Shown in pieces: positions 47,259-56,869 of a DNA stretch of 64,000 nt. Origin of the DNA: a bacterium (GTDB taxonomy: Bacteria; Chloroflexota; Dormibacteria; Aeolococcales; Bog-877); NCBI GenBank assembly GCA_021827985.1, contig JAKATL010000002.1, forward strand, positions 846 through 64,845. The letters run 5' to 3'. Position 1 is the stretch's first letter. Every line of letters starts with the position of its first letter. Below the pieces are notes generated by a model, which saw only the letters and a list, made by a program, of their open reading frames with translations, had not been told where the DNA came from and ran no database searches. A program made the position numbers and the translations under genes.

Positions 47259-47984
47259 GTGAGAGTCCCGCGCCAGCTCGCACCCTGGCTGGGCAACCCC
47301 GCGATCGAGACCGTCGGGCAGGTGACCGAGCGCAAGCCGCCGGAGCCACGCAAACGGCCCCGGCTTACCTTCGGTGGGCGGCGCCGCCAGCTGCTCGATG
47401 CCAGTCTGGCGGCGTTCGTCTCGCATGGTCTCGACCTCACCACCATGGACACGATCGCGGCCCAGGCCGGGGTGAGCAAGCCGTTGGTATATCGCCACTT
47501 TCCCAACCGCTTCGAGGCTCTCCTAGCGGTGGTCAACGATCAGGCGGACAGGTTGCTGGAGACGCTGGACCTCGAATCCGGCCCCAGCCTGGCCCAGCTG
47601 ATCGAGTCATACCTCAGCTATGCCGAGGCCTCGCCGGCGGGCTTTCGCTTCCTCTTCCAGGTGGTCAATGGCAGCCCGGGAGCGGCCCGACGGCGGGTCC
47701 AGTCCCTGAGGTTGCTTTTGGAGGAGGCGGTGCTGGGGGCCGTGCTGCGCGAGGCCGGAGCCTGCGCCGATGTCGGTGACGCCGCTCGGGCTTCCGGAGT
47801 GGGGACCCTTCTGCTGTCGATCCTGGAAGGGGTCGGGGGATCCCTGCACGACGGCGACGACGCCGCCGGTCGGGCGCTGGCCCTGAGCAAGCTACTCGAT
47901 CCGACCTGGATACTGGGAGCGATGTCCGACACGCCTGCGAAGGTCCCGGAGTTTACCGACACCCTCTTCCCACCGGGAGTTTGA
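47259..47984 (+). CDS. TetR/AcrR-family regulator (start uncertain)
   Basis: TTMDTIAAQAGVSKPLVYRHF; divergent from the ALDH; overlaps the helicase gene start. Confidence 0.85.
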   Translation: MRVPRQLAPWLGNPAIETVGQVTERKPPEPRKRPRLTFGGRRRQLLDASLAAFVSHGLDLTTMDTIAAQAGVSKPLVYRHFPNRFEALLAVVNDQADRLLETLDLESGPSLAQLIESYLSYAEASPAGFRFLFQVVNGSPGAARRRVQSLRLLLEEAVLGAVLREAGACADVGDAARASGVGTLLLSILEGVGGSLHDGDDAAGRALALSKLLDPTWILGAMSDTPAKVPEFTDTLFPPGV

Positions 47985-50900
47985 CCGCCTTTCCGAGTGG
48001 TCCGGGGCTCTTGGAGCCGGTCGGGCCGACACGTCTCACCGGAGGGCCGGGCTCCGGGAAGACAAGGGCACTGGTCGAGCTGGTGTCCCGGGATCTGGAG
48101 AGAGGGGCGGACCCATCGCGAGTGATCGTGGTGCTCCCGAGCCGGGCGGCCGTGCGGGATTTCGGCCGACAGCTGGACGGTGGGCGTCGTGGGGCGAGCC
48201 GTCCGCCGTTGGTGATGACCCACGAGCGGTTGGCCCGCTGGGTCATGGAACGCTCGGTCGCCGAGCCGCGCCAGGTCCTCGGACCGGTGGCGGAGTGGAT
48301 CGCCATGCGTGCGGCGGTGGAGCATTCCCGCCCCGTCCTGGGGGAGCTCGGACAGCTGGCCGACGTCCCGGGGTTCGTAGATGGCCTCCTGGACCTCTGT
48401 GGCAGCTTCAGCCAGGCCCTGGTGTCCCCGGCGCTTCTCGCCTCGCGGGTCCGCAGCAGCGACGGCATTCTCGCCCAGGTAACCGTGTTGGCCGCCAACT
48501 ACCAGCTGGCGCTTGACCAAATGGAGGCGATGGACACCAAGCAGCTGGCCGGAGCTGCCCTCGCCTGCCTGCAAGCACACCCCCATGAGTGGGCGGGGTG
48601 GGCCGACCTCCTGGTGGTTGATCAGGCCGAGCAGCTCAGCCCGGCCCAGTGGTACCTGCTCCGGGAACTGGCTGACCTGCTCACCCCACCGCGTCGCTTC
48701 GTGGTGGCGGGTGACGGCACGGTGGCTGGCGGCGAGCGTCATGGGCCCTCGGTGCGCTGCTTTGAGGAGCTCTTCCCCCGAGAGATGCACCCTCAAGAAC
48801 TCTTGCTGCCGGGGAACGGCCCCGTGGTCGAACTGGCGATGAGGTGGGGCGTCACTGCGGACAATCTGGTCACCCCGGCGAGGGCCGCCTCCAGCACGGC
48901 CGCATCGCTCCGGATCTGGCGGGCCGCGGACGAGACCGAGGAGGCGTACGCCGTTTCCCGAGAGGTCCGCCGGCTGCGGCTCGAGGAGGGAGTGCCATAT
49001 GACCAGGTCGCCGTGGTCTCGGCTGGCGGAGCGGTTCTGCTCCCTTCGCTGGTGCAGTCGCTCCGCTCCATTGGGGTCCCGGTGCGGCTGGAGATGAGCC
49101 CATGGTCCGGCAGTCCCGTTCTCAGCCAGCTCTCGGCCTGGCTCGAGGCCCTCTGCCATCCCGCCGACGACCGGCGGGTTGTGTTGGCGCTGCAGGCTGA
49201 TCCGGGAGGGGTGGGTGAGGCTGAGATCCTGCGCCTTCGGCGGTGGGCGGCGAGGAGGCGCACCAGCGTGGCGGGTGCGCTCCGGAGCGCCGAAGTTGGG
49301 TCGACCGAGGGCGCCCTGGGGCTGCGCCGAGCGCTGTGGCTTCGGCTCGGTGGCGGCGACCCCGGGCTCGCCGACAAACGATTCACTCCGCCGGAGTTCC
49401 TGGGCTTGCTCGGCACCCTAGAGGTGGAGCTGGGAGTCTCCGAACTCGCGCTCCGTGAGTTCTCCTCCGCCTCCGCGCTGGCCCGCGTCAACCTCTCGGT
49501 CCAGGATGCCGGGAATGCTCGCGAGCTTTTGGTGCTGGGGCCGGCTCAACTGCGAGAGTGGGCGCACATCCTGCAGCTGGCGGCCCGGCGGTCGGGGTGG
49601 GAGGTGGATCGGGTCCCCAGGCCAGACCGACCCGAGGTGACGGTGGTGACGCTGGGCCAGGCCAAGGGGCGCCGCTGGCAACGGGTGTTCCTGGTTGGGG
49701 TCGCTGATCGGTACCTGCCTGGTCCCGGACCTACCCGCGAGCTGCTGACCGGGGAGGACAGGCAGCGCCTCGCGGAGTTCGTGCCCGAGATGGAGGAGGT
49801 GCTGGCACCCGGGGACTGGGGAGCCCAGGAGCGCCGAAGGTTCCTGATGGGGATCTCCCGTGCTGACGTCCAGCTGACCGTCACCTGGGCTGCTCGGTAC
49901 GGCGAGGACGAGGTGGGCGGTTCTCGGTTCGCCGCCGCCCTGGAGGGCCTGGGGGTGACCGCCGGCCCGGCGCCATCCGCTAGGAATGTGACCCGGGCAG
50001 ACTGCCTGGCCCAGCTGGCGGCCATCGCGCAGGGAGCCGGGGGCGAGGCGGGGCAAGCCCTACCGGAGGAGGCCCGTGATCTGGCCGGACTTCTGCGGCC
50101 GTGGGACCCGACGGCGCCCGATCCGGCTCCAGACCCGGTCCGGCTCAGCGCCACCAGCCTGAAGAGCTGGCTCGCCTGCCCCCGGCAGTATCACTATCAC
50201 CGACTTCACCTCTTCGAGCAGGGCACCGCCCAGTCGGTCCTGGGTAGCATGGCGCACCGACTTCTGCAGCTCCTCTACGAGGAACAAGCCGTGTGGGCGG
50301 GGGACCCTGATCAGTTCCGGATCCAGGGCCAGAAGCTGATCAGGGAGCAGCTGATGCCGGATGTCCGCGATTACCTCTGCGACCCCCTGGCCGAGACCTC
50401 CGTGGACCTCTCTCTGCGCGCCATCTTGTCCCGTTGGGCGGAGCGCATGGTGGACCCGGGCCCAGATCAGGTGGGTAGCCCGGTAGCGGTGGAGGTCCCT
50501 TTCAGCCTTCAGCGCCAGGGGTACCACCTCACCGGTCGGGTGGATGCGCTTTGGCGGCGTCCCTCCGGTGACCTGGAGCTGGTTGACTACAAGACCTCCC
50601 CGCAAGCACCGAGCAGGGATGTCCTGGCCAGCTCCGTCTCCGGCGCCGATGGCAAGCCGGCGGTCGACTGGCAGCTCCCCATCTACGAGCTGGCAGCCAG
50701 CTCGGGGGCTCTGGACCCGGCCACCCAGGGTGTCCGCCCTCGCTTCGTCCGCAACTGGTACCTAGCCATCGAACCGAGCTCCAGGTTCAAGACTGGGCTG
50801 GCCGTGCGCGGATTCGCCGTGGGCGAGGAATCGGAGAGTGTTGCCTGGACGGATGCGCTGCTCACGCCTGAAGTCCGCCGCCAATTTGACCTGCGGTTGG

Positions 50901-51049
50901 ATCACGAGGCACGAGCGATCCAGAGGGGTGTATTCCCTGCCGCTCCGCGCCACGATGCGGGGACCTGTCTCGGCGAGCGCGGATGCCCCTTTTCGACCTG
51001 CTGCGATGGCGAGGGAAGCGTCGGCTCGGGACCCGGGGTCCCCGAGTGA
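47981..51049 (+). CDS. AdnA/AddB-like helicase-nuclease subunit (degenerate UvrD + PD-(D/E)XK)
   Basis: GGPGSGKT, degenerate Walker B VVDQAEQL, AKGRRW; LSATSL..ACPRQY, GRVD, LVDYKT, QLPIY, C-terminal Cys cluster. Confidence 0.85.
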   Translation: MTAFPSGPGLLEPVGPTRLTGGPGSGKTRALVELVSRDLERGADPSRVIVVLPSRAAVRDFGRQLDGGRRGASRPPLVMTHERLARWVMERSVAEPRQVLGPVAEWIAMRAAVEHSRPVLGELGQLADVPGFVDGLLDLCGSFSQALVSPALLASRVRSSDGILAQVTVLAANYQLALDQMEAMDTKQLAGAALACLQAHPHEWAGWADLLVVDQAEQLSPAQWYLLRELADLLTPPRRFVVAGDGTVAGGERHGPSVRCFEELFPREMHPQELLLPGNGPVVELAMRWGVTADNLVTPARAASSTAASLRIWRAADETEEAYAVSREVRRLRLEEGVPYDQVAVVSAGGAVLLPSLVQSLRSIGVPVRLEMSPWSGSPVLSQLSAWLEALCHPADDRRVVLALQADPGGVGEAEILRLRRWAARRRTSVAGALRSAEVGSTEGALGLRRALWLRLGGGDPGLADKRFTPPEFLGLLGTLEVELGVSELALREFSSASALARVNLSVQDAGNARELLVLGPAQLREWAHILQLAARRSGWEVDRVPRPDRPEVTVVTLGQAKGRRWQRVFLVGVADRYLPGPGPTRELLTGEDRQRLAEFVPEMEEVLAPGDWGAQERRRFLMGISRADVQLTVTWAARYGEDEVGGSRFAAALEGLGVTAGPAPSARNVTRADCLAQLAAIAQGAGGEAGQALPEEARDLAGLLRPWDPTAPDPAPDPVRLSATSLKSWLACPRQYHYHRLHLFEQGTAQSVLGSMAHRLLQLLYEEQAVWAGDPDQFRIQGQKLIREQLMPDVRDYLCDPLAETSVDLSLRAILSRWAERMVDPGPDQVGSPVAVEVPFSLQRQGYHLTGRVDALWRRPSGDLELVDYKTSPQAPSRDVLASSVSGADGKPAVDWQLPIYELAASSGALDPATQGVRPRFVRNWYLAIEPSSRFKTGLAVRGFAVGEESESVAWTDALLTPEVRRQFDLRLDHEARAIQRGVFPAAPRHDAGTCLGERGCPFSTCCDGEGSVGSGPGVPE

Positions 51050-54000
51050 GCCTGGAGATCTTGGAGGGCATCCTGCGGGACCTGAGTCCGGCGCAGCGCG
51101 AGGTTGTGTCCCAGCTCCATCACGGACCGGTGAAGGTGGTCGCCGCCGCTGGTAGCGGCAAGACCCGGACCATGGCGGCCTTGTACGCGGCCGGCCTGTT
51201 GGACGGGATGACCCCGGGCCAGATCCTGGCCGTGACCTTCACCAAGAAGGGCGCCGCTGAGTTGCGGGAGAGGGTGGCCCGGACGGTTGCCACCTTCCCC
51301 TCGCCGCCCGACCTCGACTCAGCCTGGATCGGCACCTTCCACCAGCTGATGCATCGCCTGCTGGCTGAGCACTGGTATGACGCCCGGGTTGGCCCGGAGC
51401 TCGAGCAGCTGGACGAGATCGAGGCCCATCAGCTGCTGCAGGAGGCCGGCCAGGCGGTGCGCAGGAGGTTGGCCAATGGTGAACTCGGCCACCTGCCCCC
51501 CCGGGTGAATGGCCGAGACCTCGTCCCCATCGCCAGATCCGCCGAGGAGGCGGTCGTGCGGCTCCGCTCGACGCCGCTCAGCCCGGACGATTGCCTGCGG
51601 CTCTCCACCTCGGCGTACGGCGCGCCGCCGTTTGCTACCGATCCGGAGTCCGAGGTGGCCGTCCACCGGCTTGGTCTTCGACTCACCCTGGAGGTCTGGC
51701 TCGAGTACGAGAAGCATCTCGAGGCCCTCAATGCCACGGACTTCGACGGCCTTCTTAGAACTGCCCTCCAGGCGCTGCGATCGGCACCGTCCCTCAGGGC
51801 CTGGACGCAGCAGAACTTTCGTCTGGTGATCGTGGATGAGTATCAGGACACCAGCCCTCTCCAGGTGGGGCTGCTGGCTGAGCTGTGGGGCCGCAACCAG
51901 GAGCGCAGCTACGTTGTGGGCGACCCGAGACAGTCGATCTACGCGTTCCGGGATGCCCAGCCGGGGGTCATGGAGGAGCATCCCGGCCGCCTGTATCCCC
52001 TCGCCTGCAACTACCGCTCCCTGGCCTCCATCCTGTCGGCCGCCGAAGCGGTGCTGCGCACCGAGCCGCAGTTCGCGGACGACCGCCCGATGGAGGTGGG
52101 GAGGACAACGCCCGACGGCCACCCGGTCCTCCTCGGGATGGCCACCCATCCCGAATTGGAGGCAGAGGGGATCGCCGACCTGATCAGGAAGCTCCACGAC
52201 GAGGGGCTCGTCCACCCCGACGGGAGCCAGCAGGAGGTGCGTTATCAGGACGTCGCCATCCTCGCCCGTACCCTCAGCCGAATTGGACCTCACCTGGAGG
52301 AGGCCCTGAGGGCACGAGGCATCCCCTTCGCCGCCGCCGCCGGTGGGCTGCTGGACCGACCGGCGGTGAAGGACGCCGTGGCGCTGCTGCGCGCTGCGGT
52401 CAATCCCCTCGACGGTCAGGCCTGGGTGCGCGTCCTCCAGGGACCGCTGTTCCGCGTCCCCGACCAGGAGCTGACCCTGATCATGGCCCGTCCGCAGGCG
52501 GAGGGTGAGCCGGTGCCCAATCTGGTCCGCCGCGGCCTGGCCACGGCGTCCCTGAGCCGTCTGGTACGGCGTCGCGCGCATTCGGCCCTTGAATTGCTGG
52601 CTGCGGGGGCGGCCGCGGCGGAGCTCCGCTCAGGCAGCGAGGTCTTGTCCCTGCTAGTGGAACGGTCCGGCTTGAGGCCTTATCATGACGCCCGTCGCCG
52701 CCTTGGGGAACCGGACGGTTCACGCGCCCTCGCCTCTCTGGAAGCACTCAACCGCGTGGCCCTGGAGGCCGAACGCGGGGGGCGGTTCGTGCCTGCCCGC
52801 GAGCTGGTGGCCAGGATCGCCGCTCTGGGGGAGCGTGGGGGGCGCCGGGAGCCCGCGCCCGCGGAGGGCGACCAGGTGACGATCAGCACCATCCACGGGG
52901 CCAAGGGGTTGGAGTGGCCAGTGGTGGTGCTGGCTGACTGCCGCCCGTTCCATTCCCAGAGCCGCTCCGGACCGGTGCTCTGGGATGAGGAGGCGAGGGC
53001 CGTGGTGGTCACCAGCGCCGGGGGTGTCGACACGGCTGCCAAGGCGCGTTGGGCGGCGACGAGGGCGGCGCGGGTGGACCGGGAGGAGCGTACCCGGCTG
53101 ATCTACGTGGGGATGACGAGGGCCAGAGACCTGCTGGTGGTGACTACGACCCGGGCCTGGCGGGGGAGCAAGGGAGCCACCCTGGACGAGCTGGTCGAAG
53201 AGGTCTGGAATGGGGCGAGAGGCGGAGGAGAATTCGGCGAGTTGGTCGCCGCAATGGCCGCGCGCGCTCCTTGGGTGGGGCCTCTGCCGGGCTTCCCCGA
53301 GGATGTGACCCTGCCCTGGCTGTCTTCCCCGAGCATCGCCCGCGCACCGGCCCGTGGGCGACAGCCCGCGAACCTGCAATCGGCGCTGGCGAGGTGGCGG
53401 CAGGTGGAGCAGCTGAAGGAGGAGGGTTGGGATCACGGGCAGCGCCCGCGGCCCGAGATCAGCTTCAGCGCACTGGAGACTCTGGAACGCTGCCCCAGGT
53501 GGTACTGGTTTGAGCAGGTGGCCCAGTTGAGGGTCGGAGGGCCGGACGAGATGGACGGGAGTGCGGCCCGGGAGATGGGAAGTGCCGCCCACCGCGTCCT
53601 GGAGAGCTTCCACCGGCGCAATCCGGCTCGCGGACCCCGGCCCGGGGAGTTGGTCGAGATCGCGAGAAGCTCTGGGGTCAGCTCGGAGGAGCTGGAGGCG
53701 ATGCTGGAGGCCTACGCCACTCTTCCGATCGCCGCCCTGCCCACCCTGGGGGTGGAGGTGAAGTTCAAATGGAGTGGTTGGGGCCCGGTGGGGCTTCCCG
53801 ACCTGGTCGGGGCGATCGACCGGGTGGCGCTGACGGACCGGGGAGAGGCCCTGGTGGTGGACTACAAGACGGACCGCACGCTGACCACCGCCTCCCTGGA
53901 GCGGCACAGCCGCCAGCTTCTCCTCTACTCCATGGCAGTGGGAGGGGGCCTCCTCGGAAGCCATCGGGTGGCTCCGCCGACCCTGGTCCTCTTGCGCACG

Positions 54001-54210
54001 GGTGAGATGGTGGAGGTGGACTCGTCTGCGGCGGCCCGCGACGACGCGCTCAGCTGGGCGGTTGCCCTGGCGCGCAGGGCGGCAGAGCCGGAGACCCTCT
54101 CAGCGGTGGGGCACTCACCGCTGCCCTGCGGCGAGTGCCCCTACCAGTGGTTCTGCCCTGAGCGCAGCGGAGTGGCCTGTCGCCGCCCGCTTCCCGTCAG
54201 CGAAGGTTGA
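51046..54210 (+). CDS. AdnB/AddA-like UvrD helicase + PD-(D/E)XK nuclease
   Basis: AAAGSGKT, VTFTKK, IVDEYQDTS, VGDPRQSIYAFR, NYRS, TIHGAKGLEW, YVGMTRA; RCPRWY, GAID, VDYKT, CGECPYQWFCP. Confidence 0.92.
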   Translation: MSLEILEGILRDLSPAQREVVSQLHHGPVKVVAAAGSGKTRTMAALYAAGLLDGMTPGQILAVTFTKKGAAELRERVARTVATFPSPPDLDSAWIGTFHQLMHRLLAEHWYDARVGPELEQLDEIEAHQLLQEAGQAVRRRLANGELGHLPPRVNGRDLVPIARSAEEAVVRLRSTPLSPDDCLRLSTSAYGAPPFATDPESEVAVHRLGLRLTLEVWLEYEKHLEALNATDFDGLLRTALQALRSAPSLRAWTQQNFRLVIVDEYQDTSPLQVGLLAELWGRNQERSYVVGDPRQSIYAFRDAQPGVMEEHPGRLYPLACNYRSLASILSAAEAVLRTEPQFADDRPMEVGRTTPDGHPVLLGMATHPELEAEGIADLIRKLHDEGLVHPDGSQQEVRYQDVAILARTLSRIGPHLEEALRARGIPFAAAAGGLLDRPAVKDAVALLRAAVNPLDGQAWVRVLQGPLFRVPDQELTLIMARPQAEGEPVPNLVRRGLATASLSRLVRRRAHSALELLAAGAAAAELRSGSEVLSLLVERSGLRPYHDARRRLGEPDGSRALASLEALNRVALEAERGGRFVPARELVARIAALGERGGRREPAPAEGDQVTISTIHGAKGLEWPVVVLADCRPFHSQSRSGPVLWDEEARAVVVTSAGGVDTAAKARWAATRAARVDREERTRLIYVGMTRARDLLVVTTTRAWRGSKGATLDELVEEVWNGARGGGEFGELVAAMAARAPWVGPLPGFPEDVTLPWLSSPSIARAPARGRQPANLQSALARWRQVEQLKEEGWDHGQRPRPEISFSALETLERCPRWYWFEQVAQLRVGGPDEMDGSAAREMGSAAHRVLESFHRRNPARGPRPGELVEIARSSGVSSEELEAMLEAYATLPIAALPTLGVEVKFKWSGWGPVGLPDLVGAIDRVALTDRGEALVVDYKTDRTLTTASLERHSRQLLLYSMAVGGGLLGSHRVAPPTLVLLRTGEMVEVDSSAAARDDALSWAVALARRAAEPETLSAVGHSPLPCGECPYQWFCPERSGVACRRPLPVSEG

Positions 54211-54532
54211 ATAGCTGGGGCAGCCTCATGGCCAGCCCCATGTCGCCCTTGACCTTGAGCTTCCCGGTCATGAAGGCCACCGTCCCGTCCAGCTTGCCGG
54301 TGAGGAGTTTCACGAAGTTTTCGTCGGCGATGGTGAGGGTGATGTTGGGGGCCTCGGCCTGGCCCTCGGCCACGTGGCAGGCTGAGTCCTTGACGGTCAC
54401 GAACCAGTGCCCCCCTTGTTCGCCGCCCACCTCCCATTGGAAAACGGCGGTCACCCCCGCGGCCTTTTCCGGCTTGAACGCAGAGGGAATGCGCTCCATG
54501 ATCTCCTTGGGGGTGGGGTTCTCGTCGCTCAT
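54197..54532 (-). CDS. SCP2 sterol-binding domain protein
   Basis: FKPEKAAG..VFQW, AFMTGKLKVKGDMGLAM; start MSDENP after AGGAGG. Confidence 0.92.
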   Translation of the reverse strand: MSDENPTPKEIMERIPSAFKPEKAAGVTAVFQWEVGGEQGGHWFVTVKDSACHVAEGQAEAPNITLTIADENFVKLLTGKLDGTVAFMTGKLKVKGDMGLAMRLPQLFNLR

Positions 54533-54557
54533 AACAGATTCCTCCTGGGGGCGCCGG

Positions 54558-55562
54558 TCAGCCGCCACCCCCCGTCTCGCGACCCTGGCCTGCGGCCGAG
54601 GGTCCATGGTTCTCAAGCCTAGCGCTGCCCTGGTCCAACAGCCGCATTGGCCAGCGGCGCTGCCGCCGCAGGTAGCCCAGGTTGGGCTCCAGAGGGCGGG
54701 GGTCAAAGCCGAAGTTGCTGCGCACGGCATCCACCTGGGCCACGTTGGGCTTGACCAGCATGTCCAGCTGATCGGGAGTGACCAGGGGGTTGGGGAGCAG
54801 CTTATCCATTAGCACAGCTCCCGGACGGATCAGCCGCGGGTCCAGGTGGAGAAGCCGCCGCCGAGTTATCCCAAGCCACTCGCGCCCGGTAACCCGCGCC
54901 ACCACCTCGGTGATCTGATCCAGGGTCAGCTGTTCCGGGCCGCCCAACTCGTACAGGTGGCCGGCCCGGCCGTCGTCCTCGACCGCCGCGACCAGGCAGC
55001 GGGCCAAGTCCTCGGCGTGGATGGGCTGGAAGGTCGCGGAGCCGTTGCCCGGGACCACCAAGAACGGGGAGGGGAGGGCGATCGCCCGAGCCAGGAGGGT
55101 GAAGAAGCCGTCGCCCTTGCCGAAGACGACCGAGGAGCGGAGGATGACCGTCTCCAGCCCGCTCCCCCTGACCGCCTGCTCGCCCTGCCACTTGGAGTAC
55201 AGGTAGGGGAAGCGGGGGTCGGGGTCGGCACCGATGGCCGAGAGCTGCACCACCCGACGGGCGCCTGCCGCTCGGGCCGCGCGGGCGACCCGGGCGCTGC
55301 CCCCGGCGTTGACCGACTCGAAGGTCTGCACCCCGCGGCTGCGGATCACCGCTGCCAGGTTGACCACCACCTCAGCCCCCTCGAACGCCTCCTCCAAGCC
55401 CCGGCCGGACACCACATCTCCGAAGGTGGGCAGGAGCCCCGCGGGCAGGTCGGCATGGGCACTGCCCCGTGCCACCACCCTCAGCTCGTGGCCGGCGCTG
55501 AGCAGCTGGGTAACCAGATACGAGCCGACGAATCCGGTTCCGCCGGTGATGGCGACTCGCAC
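54558..55562 (-). CDS. NAD-dependent epimerase / NDUFA9-like atypical SDR
   Basis: ITGGTGFVG, VNLAA, YLYSK, FQPI, YELGGPE. Confidence 0.88.
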   Translation of the reverse strand: MRVAITGGTGFVGSYLVTQLLSAGHELRVVARGSAHADLPAGLLPTFGDVVSGRGLEEAFEGAEVVVNLAAVIRSRGVQTFESVNAGGSARVARAARAAGARRVVQLSAIGADPDPRFPYLYSKWQGEQAVRGSGLETVILRSSVVFGKGDGFFTLLARAIALPSPFLVVPGNGSATFQPIHAEDLARCLVAAVEDDGRAGHLYELGGPEQLTLDQITEVVARVTGREWLGITRRRLLHLDPRLIRPGAVLMDKLLPNPLVTPDQLDMLVKPNVAQVDAVRSNFGFDPRPLEPNLGYLRRQRRWPMRLLDQGSARLENHGPSAAGQGRETGGGG

Positions 55563-55580
55563 CTCAGTCCTCCCTCGGCT

Positions 55581-55922
55581 CTATGAGCGCCGGGCGTTAC
55601 GCCTGGAGGCGGTGGGCTTGCCCGCTACCTGGGCCTTCAGTGAGCTGGCCGGGTAGAAGCGCACCTTGGTGGTCGGGGCGACCCGGACCATGGCTTGGGT
55701 CTGGGGGTTGCGGCGCATCCCACCCGGGCTCTGGCGCAACTTCCAGTGGCCGAAGCCGGCGATGCTCACCTCCTCGCCGTTCGCCAGCTTCTGGCCGATG
55801 AGGCCGAAGATCAACTGGAGGGTCTCATCGGCGAAGCGGAAGTTGGGAAAGACGGGATCGCTGGGGTCGTTGTCGTAGAGCAGCTGGGCCTGCAGAGTCT
55901 TCGCCAGCTCGCGCCGATTCAT
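55581..55922 (-). CDS. HU/IHF-family DNA-binding protein
   Basis: MNRRELA, GEEVSIAGFG, RRNPQT, VRFYPASSLK. Confidence 0.88.
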   Translation of the reverse strand: MNRRELAKTLQAQLLYDNDPSDPVFPNFRFADETLQLIFGLIGQKLANGEEVSIAGFGHWKLRQSPGGMRRNPQTQAMVRVAPTTKVRFYPASSLKAQVAGKPTASRRNARRS

Positions 55923-56023
55923 GGGCTTGCCTCCCGAGAGCGACCTTGAGCTAGGGTCGCGTGACTACTTTCTTCAGGGATTCTAGGCAATTTATGGGGA
56001 GGCACGCAGTCTGCGGAGGCCGC

Positions 56024-56053
56024 TTGCCTTCCGGGAACAAATGTTCGTATCAT
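56024..56053 (+). promoter_or_regulatory. LexA (SOS) box within a sigma70-type promoter
   Basis: GAAC-AAAT-GTTC at 56035-56046 between TTGCCT (56024-29) and TATCAT (56048-53), upstream of the imuA-like gene. Confidence 0.85.
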
Positions 56054-56059
56054 GGCCCT

Positions 56060-56869
56060 GTGTCCGCTGGACCTTGTCGAGGAGCTGGGACATTGCTGGG
56101 CGACGACCTCCGTAACCGGGCTTCCCCCGCTCTGGGGGAGGCTCTGGCCACCCTCCGGGAGCGCTACGGCTCCCGTGCGGTCCTGGCGGGGACGGGGCTG
56201 AGCGTGGCCGGGTTGCCCACGGGGATAGGGGGGGTTGATGGCCTGACCGGGTGCGACGGGCTGCCCCGAGGGCGCCTCACATGGGTGTCAGGAGAGTTGG
56301 GGCAGGGGTGGTTCGACCTGAGCCTGGCGATCCTGGCTCGCCTCTCCACCTCTCTCCCGGCGGTGCTGGTGGACTTCTCCGGACGGGTCGACCCCAATGA
56401 CATAGAGGCCTATGGGGGTGATCTGCGCAACCTATGGCTGGTTCATCCCCGCCACCCTGAACAGGGGTGGGCCGCCGCCCGAGCCCTCGTCGAGGCGGGA
56501 GCGGGCATCACCCTGATGGTGGCCGATAGGTGGGAGCCGGTCAGGAGGGCGGCTCCGGCGACCCTGCTCGGGGCGCTGGAGTCCAGCGGAGGGGCGGCGC
56601 TCATCTGTGGGGGCCAGTCTCTCCCCGGAGAGGTCGCCCTCCGGGTGGCGATGGAGGTCGAGTGTCAGCGGCTGGCCTGGACCAGAGTCCATCGTGACAT
56701 CTCTGGAATCTGGGTGCGCCTGCAGGTGGGACGCAGCCGGATAGGGGTGAGCGGCCGGAGCTGTCGGCTGCGGATCGCACTTCCTCGCCCCTACTTCTCC
56801 GGGGCGGGAGTGGCGGAGGCGGAGCTGGAGGCAGAGGATCTCACGCTCCTCCGGGAGGCCAGTGGGTGA
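56060..56869 (+). CDS. ImuA'-like degenerate RecA-fold protein
   Basis: LRERYG, LPTGIGGVDGLTGCDGLPRGRLT with degenerate Walker A; SOS box upstream; coupled to imuB-like gene. Confidence 0.75.
   Translation: MSAGPCRGAGTLLGDDLRNRASPALGEALATLRERYGSRAVLAGTGLSVAGLPTGIGGVDGLTGCDGLPRGRLTWVSGELGQGWFDLSLAILARLSTSLPAVLVDFSGRVDPNDIEAYGGDLRNLWLVHPRHPEQGWAAARALVEAGAGITLMVADRWEPVRRAAPATLLGALESSGGAALICGGQSLPGEVALRVAMEVECQRLAWTRVHRDISGIWVRLQVGRSRIGVSGRSCRLRIALPRPYFSGAGVAEAELEAEDLTLLREASG

Noticed and set aside
47981-54210. Cas4/CRISPR or anti-phage helicase-nuclease system
   Set aside because: Tandem UvrD + PD-(D/E)XK architecture fits housekeeping AdnAB/AddAB; no repeat-spacer array or cas genes seen.
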